Positions 1-14,689 of a stretch of 64,000 bases of DNA are shown one piece after another. Every line of letters begins with the position of its first letter. Positions within the stretch are counted from its first letter, which is position 1. Made by a program: the position numbers and the translations under genes. Origin of the DNA: Octopus sinensis (lineage: Eukaryota); NCBI RefSeq assembly GCF_006345805.1, contig NC_043003.1, forward strand, positions 113,150,001-113,214,000. The letters run 5' to 3'. The notes under the pieces are model-generated. The model was not told where the DNA came from. It worked only from the letters and a program-made list of their open reading frames with translations, and did no database searches.

Positions 1-3000
1 CATACATATATACATACATACAAAAAGTGTGGCAAAAACGAACCGTTTTACTTAGTTAATATTAAATTCAATCAGAAAGTATATAGAGTTAGGCTAAGAT
101 ATCACTTAGAAAACATAGACATAGATACAGAGCGTAAAAGCATTAGATACACAAATCAATCTGAAATATTTATATTTAGAAAACCAATATGAAAATATTC
201 TAATCTTAATCTGCATGCAAGAGGAATTTTCTTTAAAGAATATGAGAACTAATCGGGAATACAATATCAAGATAATTTATTAAAATGTTGTTACTATGGA
301 GCAGAAACCATAAAACTTAATTTGAGCCCATTCTTAAAGAATCAAAGACTTATTTTGTTGTTTTATAAGAGTCTAGGTTGAAAAAATATATCTGCTTATT
401 GAAAAACTTAGGGGCACCAACATGGCGTAATTTAAGGACAACATTTTCGGTGCAGTTCACAAACGAAACGTGATCGTTTCTGTTTGCGGTTGGACTTAAT
501 TCAGGAATAAACACTGAATGGCCGATGGAAATCTATAAAAAGAAAATTGCCAATCGCCAACAACGATGTTGGTGAGAAATTGAACTGAAGAGTAAAATCA
601 AGAGAGAATATGAGACGATGGAGGAGGTGTTAGCGTGTGTGTACTTAGGGTGGACGTAGATTGGAAACCACCAGAAGCAGTGTAATAAAAGGGAAATAAT
701 ATTTAACCCAAGAGATGTGGAATAAGAAATCACGATCAGGGTGTTGTGTTTACAATTAAGAAATTAAATATGAAGACACTTTGGGGTGCCTTTCTCCAAC
801 ATTCTAATATACAACTTGCTATCAGTAAATGACAATATCATGGAAAATAATGAAATAAAATGAAGAATCGAATGAATTGAAACAATAAAGCACAAAAAAA
901 AATAAATAAAAACAGAATCAAAATTCTAAATTCTATTATTAATCCTGAAATTATGAATTACTAGATGTCACCACTCCATTAACACCACCAACATTATCAT
1001 TAACACCACCAATATTATTATTACGACGACAACTACTATAACTATCACCACCACCTCCACTCCCGCACCATCCGCACTAACATCATCATCATTGCTACGC
1101 TACCATCAACTACAACAACAAGAACAACAACAGCAAATGTAAAAAATTTCATTGTTTGCACCAACATCTGAGATTCGATTATTGACAAATTTTGATTCTC
1201 TGAGAACAATGGAACAACTAGAATCTTTTCGATCAATCCTTTGTTACTGAGTCGGGACCCGAAAGGGCAAAATATTTGCTTATTTATTTATGGTTATTTT
1301 CCGATTGAAGCAAATTTTTTGAATATATTTAGAAGGAGGAGCAATGCTGTAAACACTAATTTTGGAAAATTGACTTGAAATCAAGCTCCGTGATTTATGA
1401 AAATTCTGTATTGCCGAGTAAATTCTTCACAATACTTCGCGTAAATTAACAGGGAACATTTCCCCCACTTTTGCTTTTGTTTTTATATCTTACTTTTTTT
1501 TTTAATTCTGAAAAATCTCACATATCTTCTTTTCTATTTTCCCTTTTACATTTATCTCCCGTTCTCACTCGTTTCTCTTGATCACATCTCATCTATTTTC
1601 CACTAACGTCACTCGTTGTTCCTTTTCGGCCTTCGATCCAAACCGCTTCTCTCACCCTCCTTACTCTCAAGGTTATACTTTTACCATCCTTGCAACAATT
1701 CGCACTTCCATAATTTTCTTATTTCAAATTTGATTCTTCATTCTAAAATCTACCCCCCACAAATCAGTTCGTTTTTCCTGAACCATATCAATACGCATTC
1801 ATATCTGATAATATCCTTACTTTAAAGGTTTTTATGACACCCCTGTCTTTCTGTCTCACCATATGTGTGTGTGTGTGTGCGTGTGTGTATGCATATATAC
1901 ACATATACATATACACATATATGCATATATGCATATATACATATACAAATATGTCCATTCGTGTATCTACATATATAAGATAGATACGGATATATATATA
2001 TGTATATATAAAATTATATATATTGCTCTCTCTGTTCCTCTTTCCTTTCTCTCTCTTTCTCTCTCTCTGTTTTTTACTTCGTCTTTCTTCATTTCAGACT
2101 CCGTGCACTCGGTAACCTTTCAGAGAGAATTGAATAAACCGATGTCGGAAGAAAGCACAGTATGTTGGCAACAGAACTCGGGAAGAAACTCAAATGCTAT
2201 TTTATTTCCATCTAAAGTTATAATAATTTTATTACAATTTTTGAGAATTTTCATTAACCACGCCAAAATCCTACTTGATGTTAACCCCGGTGGGTTCGCT
2301 CATAAACAGAAAGAACGGCATCAACAATGGCAGCAGCAGCAGCAGCATCAGCAGCAGCAGCATCGTAAAAGAACTGAAAAAGAAAAAAAAACAAACAACA
2401 CCTTTAACGATGGTGTCAAAATATCGACAAGAACAAACTTGACAGCAACAACATAAAACATCCTCCCCCCCCATGCCGCCATCTCTGAAAAAAATAAATT
2501 GATAACAAATATTACAAAATGTTTGAACAAAATTACAATGCACATATATGTGCGTGTGTGTGTGTGTGTGTATGTGTTTGTACGTATGTAGATGTGTACA
2601 GGCACATAACCCTAACAACTAAGAAGTGAATCGATAAATACTTAAAATAACATGGAGTGAGAAGATGAAGGAAGGGTTTTTCCTATTTAAAGAAAATCTC
2701 ATTAAAAATCATCTTATAGGGCAAGACGTATAAAACAAAATAAAATAAAATAAAATAAAACAAAAAAAATCTGAAGTAATAAACGAAATAATTAAAATAG
2801 ATGACTAACCAAATAAAAAGAAAACTCATTGTATAAATAAACAACTATAAATAAATAGCTGTGGAGATCGATAGACTGAATAAATAAGTAAATAAATAAC
2901 TACTCACAGACACATATGCGTGTGCGTGTGTGTGAGGGGGGTGCGGAAAAAGAAGACGAAACTCGAGAAAAACCAAACAAAAACCGTCTTAAAAATCATA

Positions 3001-3289
3001 AAACAATCTTTAAAAATTAGAAGAGAAAAAAACTGAGCGAAAGGCAAGGTGTCAGTAATCAATTAAGTTAAAAGTTTGTAACGTTATAAAGTTTGCAAAT
3101 TTATTGATTATTATAGCATATTGAGAAAATAAAAAGTACAACTATATTGTGGGTGAGAGTGGGGTAGAGAGGGGGAAGGGGTGGATGTACGAGATAGAAA
3201 TACAGATAAAATTACACAGAGCTTGTTCTATTAAGGTTGCATAAGTGGGCATATCAATGTATGTATAAGCATACAGGCTATATATGTTC

Positions 3290-3336
<47 letters not shown>

Positions 3337-3380
3337 CTAAACTGGCAAAATGACCATTCCAAATATAACAATATATAACA

Positions 3381-3423
<43 letters not shown>

Positions 3424-3457
3424 TATATATATATGTATGAATATATATACACCCACA

Positions 3458-3503
<46 letters not shown>

Positions 3504-3740
3504 GTGTGTGTGTGTACGTGTAGCTGAATATCTAAAAGCACAATATAATCTAAACTAAATGTAGAAATATTAAAATAAGAGTAGCCTTATATGTACATAT
3601 ATGTTTTCCGTATCTTTTAAATGCGGTGTATTTCAGGTCTATGGACATAGAGACAACATGCTGAGTTGGTTAGATCAACTAAAAATTTGCTACTGGTTTT
3701 GTTAACCAATCTACTGCTGCTGTTGCTGCTGCTGCTGCTA

Positions 3741-3788
<48 letters not shown>

Positions 3789-3826
3789 CTACCACCACCA
3801 CCACCACCACCACCACCACCACCACC

Positions 3827-3871
<45 letters not shown>

Positions 3872-4798
3872 GCTACTGCACACACACACACACAGGCATA
3901 CACACACAAGCACATATATGTGCGCGTGTGTGTTGTGTTTGTACTATATGACTTTTAACCGGAATACCGTTAAAGTAACTTATTCCACAACTCATAACGT
4001 AATAGACAACATTATACCTTCGAAACTAGTGAATTAACAAGCAGTGATAATAGTATTGCTAACGGCGATGATCGTAGTTGCGTCAATAGAAACCCTTGCC
4101 ATTAATACGGAAATTGTGCAATGAACAACGTAATTCCATTGCTCTTAAATCTTATACAGATTTAACTGCCAATGTATTATTTAAAGACAGATATCACACA
4201 CATGAGCGAGCACACACACACACGCACATACTCACACTCATTCATATCACGAGTTTAAAACAGGACATGCAGTACGACATTTAACGAAAGATTTAAGTAA
4301 ATGTCCCAAAGTATTTTAATGGTGCAGAAAACCTTGGAATGTATTTGGCGACGGAAACAATGGAAATCCCTGGAGCTCAAGTTCTGTCTATTGTTTTTTT
4401 CCTTTCGGCTGTACGTTGCTCATTGCGCATGCACATACACAGAGGCACAATGTCCGGATGCGGCTCTGACAAATACGGCTCTGCCTCCTATTAAACCGAT
4501 TCACAAAGTTGTAGAGTAGGTTTGCTGGAAAGTTACCAAAGCAATCACAAGAAGCGATTAATTCAGTGTATGAATGACTATTAGAAATATTAATATAACT
4601 GATTGTACTATTAAGAGCATTTTCGAACTAACGGATCCCTAAAAGTGTCACCCATAGTAGCAGAGGGTCTGTTACATCAAATTTCAGTTACAGAACCTAA
4701 TTGCATATTTTGGTTTGCGTTTGTGGTGTTCTTAGGCATATCATATTTATAATCATTTTTTATAGTTAGATAAACTTCAAAAAGGTACTTACATGAAT

Positions 4799-5188
4799 GG
4801 GAATGGAAGCACTCCGTCGGTTACGACGACGAGGGTTCCGGTTGATCCGAAACAACGGAACAGCCTGCTCGTGAAATTAACGTGTAAGTGGCTGAGCACT
4901 CCACAGACACGTGTACCCTTAACGTAGTTTTCGGGGATATTCAGCGTGACACAGAGAGTGACAAGGCCGGCCCTTTGAAATACATGTACAACAGAAACAG
5001 GAAGTAAGAGTGAGAGAAAGTTGTGGTGAAAGAGTACAGCAGGGATCACCACCATCCCCTGCCGGAGCCTCGTGGAGCTTTAGATGTTTTCGCTCAATAA
5101 ACACTCACAACACCCGGTCTGGGAATCGAAACCGCGATCCTATGACCGCGAGTCCGCTGCACTAACCACTGGGCCATTGCGCCTCCAC
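4799..5188 (-). mobile_element. tRNA-derived SINE, family A (young copy)
   Basis: Minus strand begins GTGGAGGCGCAATGGCCCAGTGGTTAG...GGTTTCGATTCCC (Pol III A/B boxes). Nearly identical to 32777-33173. Flanked by 12-bp direct repeat ACTTACATGAAT (4787-4798, 5189-5200). Confidence 0.92.
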
Positions 5189-6071
5189 ACTTACATGAAT
5201 AATGTTGTAAGGAATAATATTATAGATCTTTTTGAATAATGCATTTCGCTGAGGTACATGCAACTCTGTACATCAGATTAGCTTACTCTATTAAGAAATG
5301 GATGAGATTAAACCCTGCACAAATTTATTCTATTTAGAACAAATTCTTTGTGGTCAGAGACGCCGCGTACCTCGTTCTCGACGGTAGGCCCTGTATTTCT
5401 GTGTTGGTGTGAGTGCTTATGTATATGTATTTATGCGCAGGTATAGGGGAGGGAAAGAGAAAGAGGTAGAGCAACAGACTGCTACAAAGAAGGATATGTT
5501 TATTTACGGTAATATGTAGAACGAGGAGAGGACAGATGTCCTGTCAGAGACTGTACGAAGATATACAGCAGTGAGTGAAAACGAAAACAACGAAATGATA
5601 AAAAAATGTGTATATTATTGTATATATTTATTTCTCTTATTGTAACAAATTTATACTAAATGTTTTAAGCGTAAATTCAAGGTGCTTTATGCAAAATTTA
5701 TATTTTTATATGATATATTTATATATTACTAAATTTTTAAATTTTTAAATGTCGGGCTTTATAGATTTAAATGAGTTTATGAAGATTTGTATGTGTTTGG
5801 CCTATCTGTGGGTTTTGTGGTCTTCCTATGGTTCTTGGTCGCATTGCCTCCCCTCGGATAAAAAAGCATATATACATACATACATACATACATACATCCA
5901 TCCATACATACATACATACATACATACATACATACATACATACATACATACCCTGTTGTTAGTGTTGATATTTCAGTGAAGGAGCCTTGGATCTAGGTTA
6001 GAAACCGGCTCTTACTTTGTTGGCAAGAAATCTTGAAATAAAACTGAATAATGACATACATACATATATAA

Positions 6072-6134
<63 letters not shown>

Positions 6135-7748
6135 GATAATAAAGAATAATTAGTCAGACAGAAAAAAGATAGATAGATAGATAGATGAATAGATGGATAT
6201 TAAAAAATAGAAAAATAGATAGATATATAGGATAGATAGATAAATAGATATTAACAGATAGGATTGATAGATAAATTGAATGATTGATTTCTGTATGAAC
6301 GCATGCGCTGGACTGAGGGTGTAATTAAACAATTAAAACCCATCAATTAGTCTCACTCCTGCTACTTATTTCAAGCGCTCATATTTCTGCAACCAGACAG
6401 TTTCAAGTCTATTTCTAGAACTTTCTCATTATCCACAGTTAAAAGCAAACAATGAAAATACTTTGGCAGGCTGTAAGATGCCCCCTCATCAAAGTAAACC
6501 CCAAATCATAATAATAATCGTACGTTACACGAGGGATTTCGTTCCTTCTTTTAGGAATTGCTTTCGTTTGGCTGTTTTCGTTGAAACCATTCCCAAGAGA
6601 GCTTTTGTTTGCCTATAAGCTTATCTCTGATGAATGTGAATGTATATTCATACATGCATAAAGAAACATATATTCACATACATGCATAGGTAGATAGGAG
6701 CAAAGATAAGCATCATTACTGTACTTTACATATGCAACTGCCAGCCAACAGTTTATCTCTCTTTCTATCTGTGTATTCGTCTAGCTGGAAATCTGTCCAG
6801 TTTTTTTTCTTAACTTTTTCCCTGGCTGTATATTTAGCTGCCTCTTCATCTAAATCTATATACGCTCCCCTCCCTATACACACACACACACACTTACACA
6901 CACACATACATTCATATGCGCATGCATGTCTGTCTGTCTTCACATACAAGCACACATACACACACGCATACGCACACACAAATAGTTGTATACGTGTACG
7001 TATATAAAATTATGTGCATTTGTGTATGTGTATCTGCTTGATGACAATCTCATCACAATATATTTCAGGAGTGTATGATCTAAAGTGTAATTTCTTTTTA
7101 AGATAAAACGAATGTGATTTGGTTGTTAATTCGACCAGGTTGAAGTATCTAGAAGACGGAATCGGACGATTCGGCATTAGTTGACTGAACGGTGTTGGAA
7201 ACGAACGTTCATACACACGCACTTGCACGCACAGAAATTTAATTACAAATAGAAAGAGAGGGGTACGGAGAGTGAATGAGAAGGAGATGGAGAATGAGAG
7301 AAACAAGAAAATGCCTGGTGTCACCTAATTCAGCTACGCCAAATAAGCGGCGCCAGAATGTCCCAAACCGAACGATCTCCAATCCAACGGAGAGGCAACG
7401 TTAAGGAAAAAGAATTATGCTGTTGATGTCTGAGGTGTTTCTTGTTTGGAGTTTGGAGGGTTTCGAAGTAATTCTGTTGATCTCATTTGTAGCTGATTAA
7501 CGGCCCTGGTACATGATTCCCAGTCGTATTGTAGTTGTTTTATTTGATATATAGCTCCGTGGCAATTTATATTGATTAGATCTATCATCAAATATATTCT
7601 TGCCATCTTCGTTTTGCCATTCTAGGTTAGATACAACATTATTGGATATGTAAAACGTTTTGGGTGTTATTTCAAATTGATGTGGTTCCTCTGTTTAGTT
7701 GACTCTTTCTGTTATGTGGGTAGTCGTGCGAGGCAGATGAATCGATGA

Positions 7749-8147
7749 TACTCTTTTACTTGTTTCAGTCATTTGACTGCGGCCATGCTGAAGCACCGCC
7801 TTTAATCGAGCAACTCGACCCCGGGACTTATTCTTTTGTAAGCCCAGTACTTATTCTATCGGTCTCTTTTGCCGAACCGCTAAGTAACGGGGACATAAAC
7901 ACACCAGCATCGGTTGTCAAGCAATGCTAGGGGGACAAGCACAGACACACAAACACAGACACGCATATATATATACATATATACGACGGGCTTCTTTCAG
8001 TTTCCGTCTACCAAATCCACTCACAAGGCTTTGGTCGGCCCGAGGTTATAGTAGAAGACACTTGCCCAAGGTGCCACGCAGTGGGACTGAACCCGGAACC
8101 ATGTGGTTGGTAAACAAGCTACTTACCACACAGCCACTCCTACGCCT
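7749..8147 (-). mobile_element. tRNA-derived CORE-like SINE, family C
   Basis: Head AGGCGTAGGAGTGGCTGTGTGGTAAG...GGTTCAGTCCC, body GGGCAAGTGTCTTCTACTATA, internal (TA)/(TG) run, tail GACTGAAACAAGTAAAAGAGT. Matches 48881-49288 and 50121-50564. Confidence 0.9.
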
Positions 8148-8766
8148 ATAAGATGTAAATATAAGATGTAAATAAATACGTAAAAGAGTTGATGAAGAAA
8201 TGGAGATATCTATGGAGCTGAATATAATAAAACACAGATTGGGAAACAAACCAAATCAACATGGCGTACTGTTTTACAGAGCGGAGGAAGATTTTAAAGT
8301 TGACACAGACTTTATTAGAGAATAATAGAAGTTTTGCATCAGGATTTTATAAAACACGAAGCGCAACCATTTAATGGTGTTTGTGGTTTAGCGGATGACA
8401 TTTAAAACAATGGAGACAAGGAAGTAAGTCACAAGAAGAAAGAAAAGGAAGAAGTGAGAGGGAAACAAATAAAGAAGAGATGATGATGAACAACAAGAAG
8501 ACGAGGAGGAGGTCAGGAAAGGAAGAAGAGAAATAAAAGAAGGTGATGGTGATGAGGAGGATGATGACGAAGCAGAAGGAGGAAGAGGAGGTGGCGAAGG
8601 AAAAAGAAGTATAGCGAGAGACGGGGGTATATTAGTGATAACTGTTATGTCATTTAAACTAACCAAGATGATTTGGTGTATTAGAGCTATTTCTGTCAGG
8701 GCAGCAGAAACAGTAGCAACAGCAGCAGCAGCAGCTGTGATGGCGATGGTGGTGGTGGTGGTGGTG

Positions 8767-8815
<49 letters not shown>

Positions 8816-9269
8816 AGTTCCGAGTAAGGAAACCTGAAGGGATACTCAATGAAGTGAAATTATGTGAGTGTTTGTCATTTACTTCTAAGTTATTTTGGCG
8901 ACTCTGGATGTCTGTAAAGCTAAGAGTCAGAGGTTCGATTTGTTTAGAGATTTACGTGGGAATTAGTTACTTTCGTGTCATAATTTGCATTGGTTGAAAG
9001 TTATTTGGAATCTCCAAAGAATTCCAATGCTGTGTTGAGCACTCACTCTCCCTGTTCGATATTAACGTTTATATGATAATTTCGAACTAACACTAAAAGG
9101 TTGTCCTTATAGTACTCGGATTTTCGAATGCGGCAGTGAAAAGCTACGATACATTCTCGTCAGCTATTAGTGGCAACAGACGCTACGAGAAACCGTTAAA
9201 TATAAGGGACGTAATTCTAATAGGTGGAAAAAAGAAAAAAGAATTCTTTTGTTGTTACATTTTATTGTA

Positions 9270-9668
9270 TACTAGCAGTATCACCCGGCGTTGCTCAGGT
9301 TTGTAAGGGAAATAACTATATTAGCATTTTTAGAGATGTAAAGTATAATAGCCATCTCAATATGGCTAACCACAAAGGGGGGGTGTTACTGTAGCTTTTT
9401 ACGTTCTAAGATTTAATAATAAATTTTTAGAGAGTTACTTCCCTTGTATATGCCAAAAATGCATTAAAAATGGAAAAAATTCATGGTTAATTTTTTTTTT
9501 AATCGTAGACTCATCGTAGACGCGCGCTAATACCCAGAAGGGCTCGATATGAATCACGACTATAAGATACCCGGTTTTGGTTAAACTGCACCGCAAAATG
9601 TGGGAGTAGTTAGGAATCTAAATCGTAGGAGACAGACAGCACAAAACCTCACTTTTATATATAAAGAT
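9270..9668 (+). mobile_element. Non-autonomous Helitron/Helentron-like element
   Basis: Starts TACTAGCAGTATCACCCGGCGTTGC and ends GACAGACAGC...CTTTTATATATAAAGAT. This terminal architecture resembles Lep1/DINE-type elements (recognition from memory, no ORF). Confidence 0.55.
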
Positions 9669-10234
9669 ATATATATAGGTTATGAGAGGTAATGGTGTTA
9701 GTGAGACCCAAAGATGTTAGGTAATGCTAAATAAGTACTATGGATAAACCATAGTTGAGTTCCAGGTTCGGTGATTATGCGAATAAGGGGTCCAACGAAG
9801 GTCATATATCAGCGTGTGTATCTAATTTTTTTTTCCGTAATGCGATAAAAAACCAAGGCTGTGTAGAATTTAGAACATAAAAATATAAGATCTTACAGCT
9901 GTTTCTAAGATATTTATTATATCCCTTCATCGGAGACGGTGTGAGAAGATGGTTAAGCAATAGTTTAGTGAAGAAAATACAAAGTAGAGAGTGAGGTGAG
10001 GGAATGAAAATTGATGTGATATATGCAGGGTTGGGGTTCAATGTATACCATTCTGCTTAAATAATGGATCTACAAATAAAACATCCCTGCATATCTCACA
10101 TCTATTTTCATTCCTCCACCTCACTCTCTACTTCGTAACGATTTTACCTTACTAATGCATTCCCTACTTTTAGGTCGCTTTAAATAAAACCCTTGATTCA
10201 ATAACACTACGTATAAATTCTATAGGATATGAAA

Positions 10235-10641
10235 CCACTCTCCTGGATAATAAGAACAATGGAAATGCACGGAGTAGCAGAAAACATGAGAAGCCTTATA
10301 TGGAATAGCATGAAATGGTGGAGGACGGAATTGACATCAGGGAGTCAAGGATTAGGAGGAGTGAAAATCAAGAGAAATCTTCTAGGGGAACAGTGTGTTC
10401 CCACTGATCTTTGTGCAGGGAATGATCCCCTTGAGAGAAATACTATAGAAAACAAAGTTGGGATAAGACCTGGGAAGAGGTAAAGGAAAACTGAACTACT
10501 TGCTATTCAAGGAGGTGTTTCTTGTTTGGAGTTTGGAGTGTTTCAAAGTAATTCGGTTGATATCATTTGGTGTATTAGAACTTTATCTGTCAGGGCAGCA
10601 GAATATATACACACACACACACACACATACACACATACACA

Positions 10642-10703
<62 letters not shown>

Positions 10704-10734
10704 ACGTATAATGCATATATACTTATGTATGTGT

Positions 10735-10804
<70 letters not shown>

Positions 10805-11275
10805 AAGAGATACGTACATAACATACATACATACACATACACACATATGATATACCTGCATACAAACACATGCATGTATAGGCTGGTGTATATATATTGT
10901 TCGCAAAAACTGAGGCAGAACTGGACAGTCTAGTCCAGTCTGTGCGGATTTTTTCCAGTGATATTAAGATGGAATTTGGACTCTAAATATGTACTACGAT
11001 GGTGATGAAACGAGGAAAGCTTGTCAGGATATTGAGGCATATGGTTACCAAGTGGTGAAATGATGAAGGCAAGAAGACGAGGAGGAGGAGGGCAGGAAAG
11101 AAGAAGCTATAAACACCTGCGGATACTTGAGCCAGATGGAATCAAACACCACGACATGAAGGAAAAGACAAGAAGAGAATACAGAAGAGGAAGTAAAGGA
11201 GATGGACAAGCACTCAAGAAAACTCCAAACGATGCATGGAGCCCATCATCCACGTGCAAGCACTAAACACCTAAT
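10235..11275 (+). pseudogene. Dong/R4-type LINE reverse transcriptase remnant, interrupted by a ~390-bp insertion
   Basis: SWIIRTMEMHGVAENMRSLIWNSMKWWRTELTSG..GGVKIKR, then KLNYLLF | LFAKTEAELDSLVQSVRIFSSDIKMEFGL*ICTTMVMKRGKLV, YKHLRILEPDGIKHHDMKEK, MHGAHHPRA. Motifs are collinear with the R4/Dong RT; stops and frameshifts present. Confidence 0.8.
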
Positions 11276-11309
11276 TGTTGCAGAATAACCCACTTTTGCT
11301 AGCCATGTG

Positions 11310-11410
11310 GAATGAAGTAATGGGAAATGAAGTGCTTTACTGAAGAACACAACGCATCGCCTGGTCCAGGAATCGAAACCACAAGATTATGATCGTAATG
11401 ACAACACACC
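11310..11410 (-). mobile_element. SINE head fragment
   Basis: Minus strand GGTTTCGATTCCTGGACC B-box followed by a CORE-like tract; rest missing. Confidence 0.5.
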
Positions 11411-12076
11411 ACCACATATGCATATTTGTGCTTATATATATATATATATATAAAAGTTAATCCAAACAAGAAAACAAAAACAAAAAAAAACAACAATGCA
11501 AGGACGTGGAACAAATATAGTATAGACACTCAGGAAAGAAGGGAAGAAGGAGGGTTTGACGTTTCGAAGAAGGAGGGTTTGACGTTGGAAACATAGGAGA
11601 AGGAAAGATCCCGAGAAGGGAAGACAGGGGAGAAAATCGCTAGTGATACAGACGAGGTATATATATATATGTATATATATAAATGTTAGTTCTCATGTTC
11701 AGTTGTAATAAAAAAAATTACATTAACTCTATGTGTTACTGTATATTTTAGTAGAGTGGGAATTATTAACAAGAATTGTTTGGCTGTCTAAAACTTCGAA
11801 ATCACTGTTAATATTACTCTTGTGAAAGAATTATATCTATACGAAGCTTCAGGGAGAGAGGGAGAGACAAACACGGAGACAGATAGAGACAAACAAACAG
11901 ACAGACAAGACAAATAAAGAGAGCGAGAGAGAAGACTGGGAGCGAACGTGAGCGAGATGAAGATATAAATAATTAAATCTGCTATTTTCATCTGTTTAGA
12001 TGCTTTCCTTATTTCCAGTTTCTCTTTTCAACTTATTGGATAGTCTGCACAAAAATAGTCTTTTCGTTGAGGACAG

Positions 12077-12115
<39 letters not shown>

Positions 12116-12472
12116 AGAGAGAGATATTAAAAGCAGGTGCGAGAGAGGAAGTAGTAAAAGGCAGAAAGATATATAGAGAGTGAGAACGTGTGGGAAAGAG
12201 AAATTGATTTATTTTGATCGTCCCAGATCGTAATGTATTACAGATTCAATGAATTGGTCACAAGAGGAATGTGTTATTAATTGCTACAAATAATTTGGGA
12301 GAGCGAAGAGGAAAATAATCGATAAACAGAAAATATATAACGAATAGAAGAGAAGTTTAACATTGGATACACTCATCATACTTGAAGTGTATATACGCAC
12401 ATATATATGTAAGTGTGCACATGCACGAACCTATGTATCTCATACATAGGTATATCTAGAAACACACATGCA

Positions 12473-12503
<31 letters not shown>

Positions 12504-12560
12504 GTATGTATATATATGTGTATATATATGTTATATATGTATAATATATGTATATATATG

Positions 12561-12591
<31 letters not shown>

Positions 12592-13756
12592 GTATATATA
12601 TATATGTATGTATATATATTATATGTATATATATATATGTATGTATATATATATATATTATATATATAATGTATATATATATGTATATATATTATATGTA
12701 TGTATGTATATGTATATATATATATGTGTATATATATATGTATATATATATGTATATATATGGATATATATATATATACATATACACACGCATATATATA
12801 TATGTATACGTATAATGCCTATATACTTATGTATGTATATATATATATATATATATATTATTATATATAGAAAGAGAGAGAGAGAGAAAGAAAGAAAGAG
12901 ATACGTACATTACGTACATACATACACATACACATATATGGTATACATGCATAGGAATATACCTGCATACAAACACATGCTTGTATAGGCTGGTGTATAG
13001 ATGTTATACACATTTATCTTCATTCATCATCAAATACTTTCTATTTTGATCAGTTCTTGTTATTCCTGGAGAGTATAAAATGGCGAATTTCCGCTGCTAA
13101 TAGACTTCTATCGGATTATTATTGGATTCTTGCTTTTTAATACAATGCTTTTATGCTTTTGGCTAGCATTAGCAATGGAGATAGTTTTGGTCTGTGTACC
13201 TAATAATGATTCTGGTCAAAATACTGGTGGTGCTAGTGGTGGTGTAGATGGTTGTTTTAGCTCTAGTCTGTTACATGATCTCGGTTCTAATGCCGATGCT
13301 CTTAGAAATGGTGTTAGTTTTGATTGGCGATGTAGTAATGGGTTAGCTGTGGTGGAGTCGGGGCTTTGGATGTTGTTTTGTCTATCCCCAGGTCAGCATT
13401 TATTGCGCAGATTTTTGATGGACGGTGTTTATACAACGACTGAATCTGCAGTCTTTCATTCGCTCCTAATGTTGTTACCACTTCGCTCCCTGCGCGCTCC
13501 TGCTTGCTTTTGTGTTTGTTTTGTTTAAAGACTGAAAGGCATAATCTGAAGAATATTTGACTGTTATTTCTACCAAGCTAATTGACGGATCTTCCTGGTT
13601 CATGGTGTAGACGAGGGTGGTGTGTTAATTAAATTGGGCAGGTGAAAGTGGAAATGGTCGGTGTAACAGCGCTGGGTAGTATGCAGTTTGGGAAGGAAAT
13701 TGCTGAAGGTCAATAAGGAATTTAGGGTTAGAAATCGTCGTCACCGTCATCGTGAT

Positions 13757-13876
13757 ACTAGAAGTAGTAGTAGTAGTAGTAGCAGCAGTAGCAAAAGTAG
13801 TAGTAGCAGCAGCAAAAGAAGTTGTAGTAGTAGTAGTAGCAGTAGCAGCAAAATTAGTAGTAGTAGCAGCAGCAAA

Positions 13877-13908
<32 letters not shown>

Positions 13909-14111
13909 CAGCAGCAGCAGCAAAAGTACTAGTAGTAGTAGTAGTAGCAGCAGTAGCAAAAGTAGTAGTAGCAGCATAAAAGTAGTAGTAGTAGTAGTAG
14001 TAGTGACAATAGCAGCAGTAGCAGCAATAGTAGCAATAGTAGTAGTAGCAGCAGCAAAAGTAGTAGTAGTAGGAGGAGCAGCAAAAGTAGTAGTAGTAGT
14101 AGCAGCAGCAA

Positions 14112-14180
<69 letters not shown>

Positions 14181-14201
14181 CAGCAGCAGCAGTAGCAGCA
14201 A

Positions 14202-14264
<63 letters not shown>

Positions 14265-14322
14265 CAGCAGCAAAAGTAGTAGTAGTAGGAGGAGCAGCAA
14301 AAGTAGTAGTAGTAGTAGTAGG
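13757..14322. repeat. Compound (AGT/AGC)n trinucleotide array with a higher-order GTAGTAGCAGCAGCAAAA unit
   Basis: Direct reading; source of the poly-S/V/L ORF artefacts. Confidence 0.95.
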
Positions 14323-14419
14323 CCCACTTACATAAAAATTTTAATGTAGAGATTGAATTGGTTTTCTTTGTGACTGTAACAATTGCACTGTTCCTGTTTA
14401 GGATGTCAGTTGTTGCCGG

Positions 14420-14547
14420 GGTGATGTAGGGGGGTAGATGTGGAGGGGTCGATGTAGAGGGGTAGATGTAGAGGGGTGAGTGAAGAGGGTGATGTGGAAG
14501 GGGTGATGTGGAGTGGTGAGTGAAGAGGGTGATGTGGAAGGGATGAT
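14420..14547. repeat. G-rich minisatellite, ~13-14-bp unit GATGTRGAGGGGT
   Basis: About nine degenerate tandem copies read directly. Confidence 0.75.
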
Positions 14548-14689
14548 GTTAGATGTCGTCGTTTTAAATATGTTTAATACTTGCTGTTGTTGATGGTGTG
14601 GTTTGCCCCGGAACGTCTCTGTTCACAAATACCTCTCGTCAAAATTTGTTACAGCATGACACTATATAATCTGTGTGAAAGCCTGTGGT

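Noticed and set aside
2098-2460. Possible plus-strand exon (DSVHSVTFQRELNKPMSEES) and nearby poly-Q stretch; similar GC-richer islands at 5338-5383, 7331-7400, 44821-44907 and 46960-47170
   Set aside because: Splice signals are only partly convincing, no recognisable protein family, and they cannot be chained into a gene.
3617-4037. Long poly-L/P/S/V, YI-repeat and LSIY-repeat ORFs throughout the track (e.g. also 12468-12988, 13688-14335, 21067-21882, 45003-45908, 57838-58401)
   Set aside because: They are translations of stop-free microsatellites, with no domain content.
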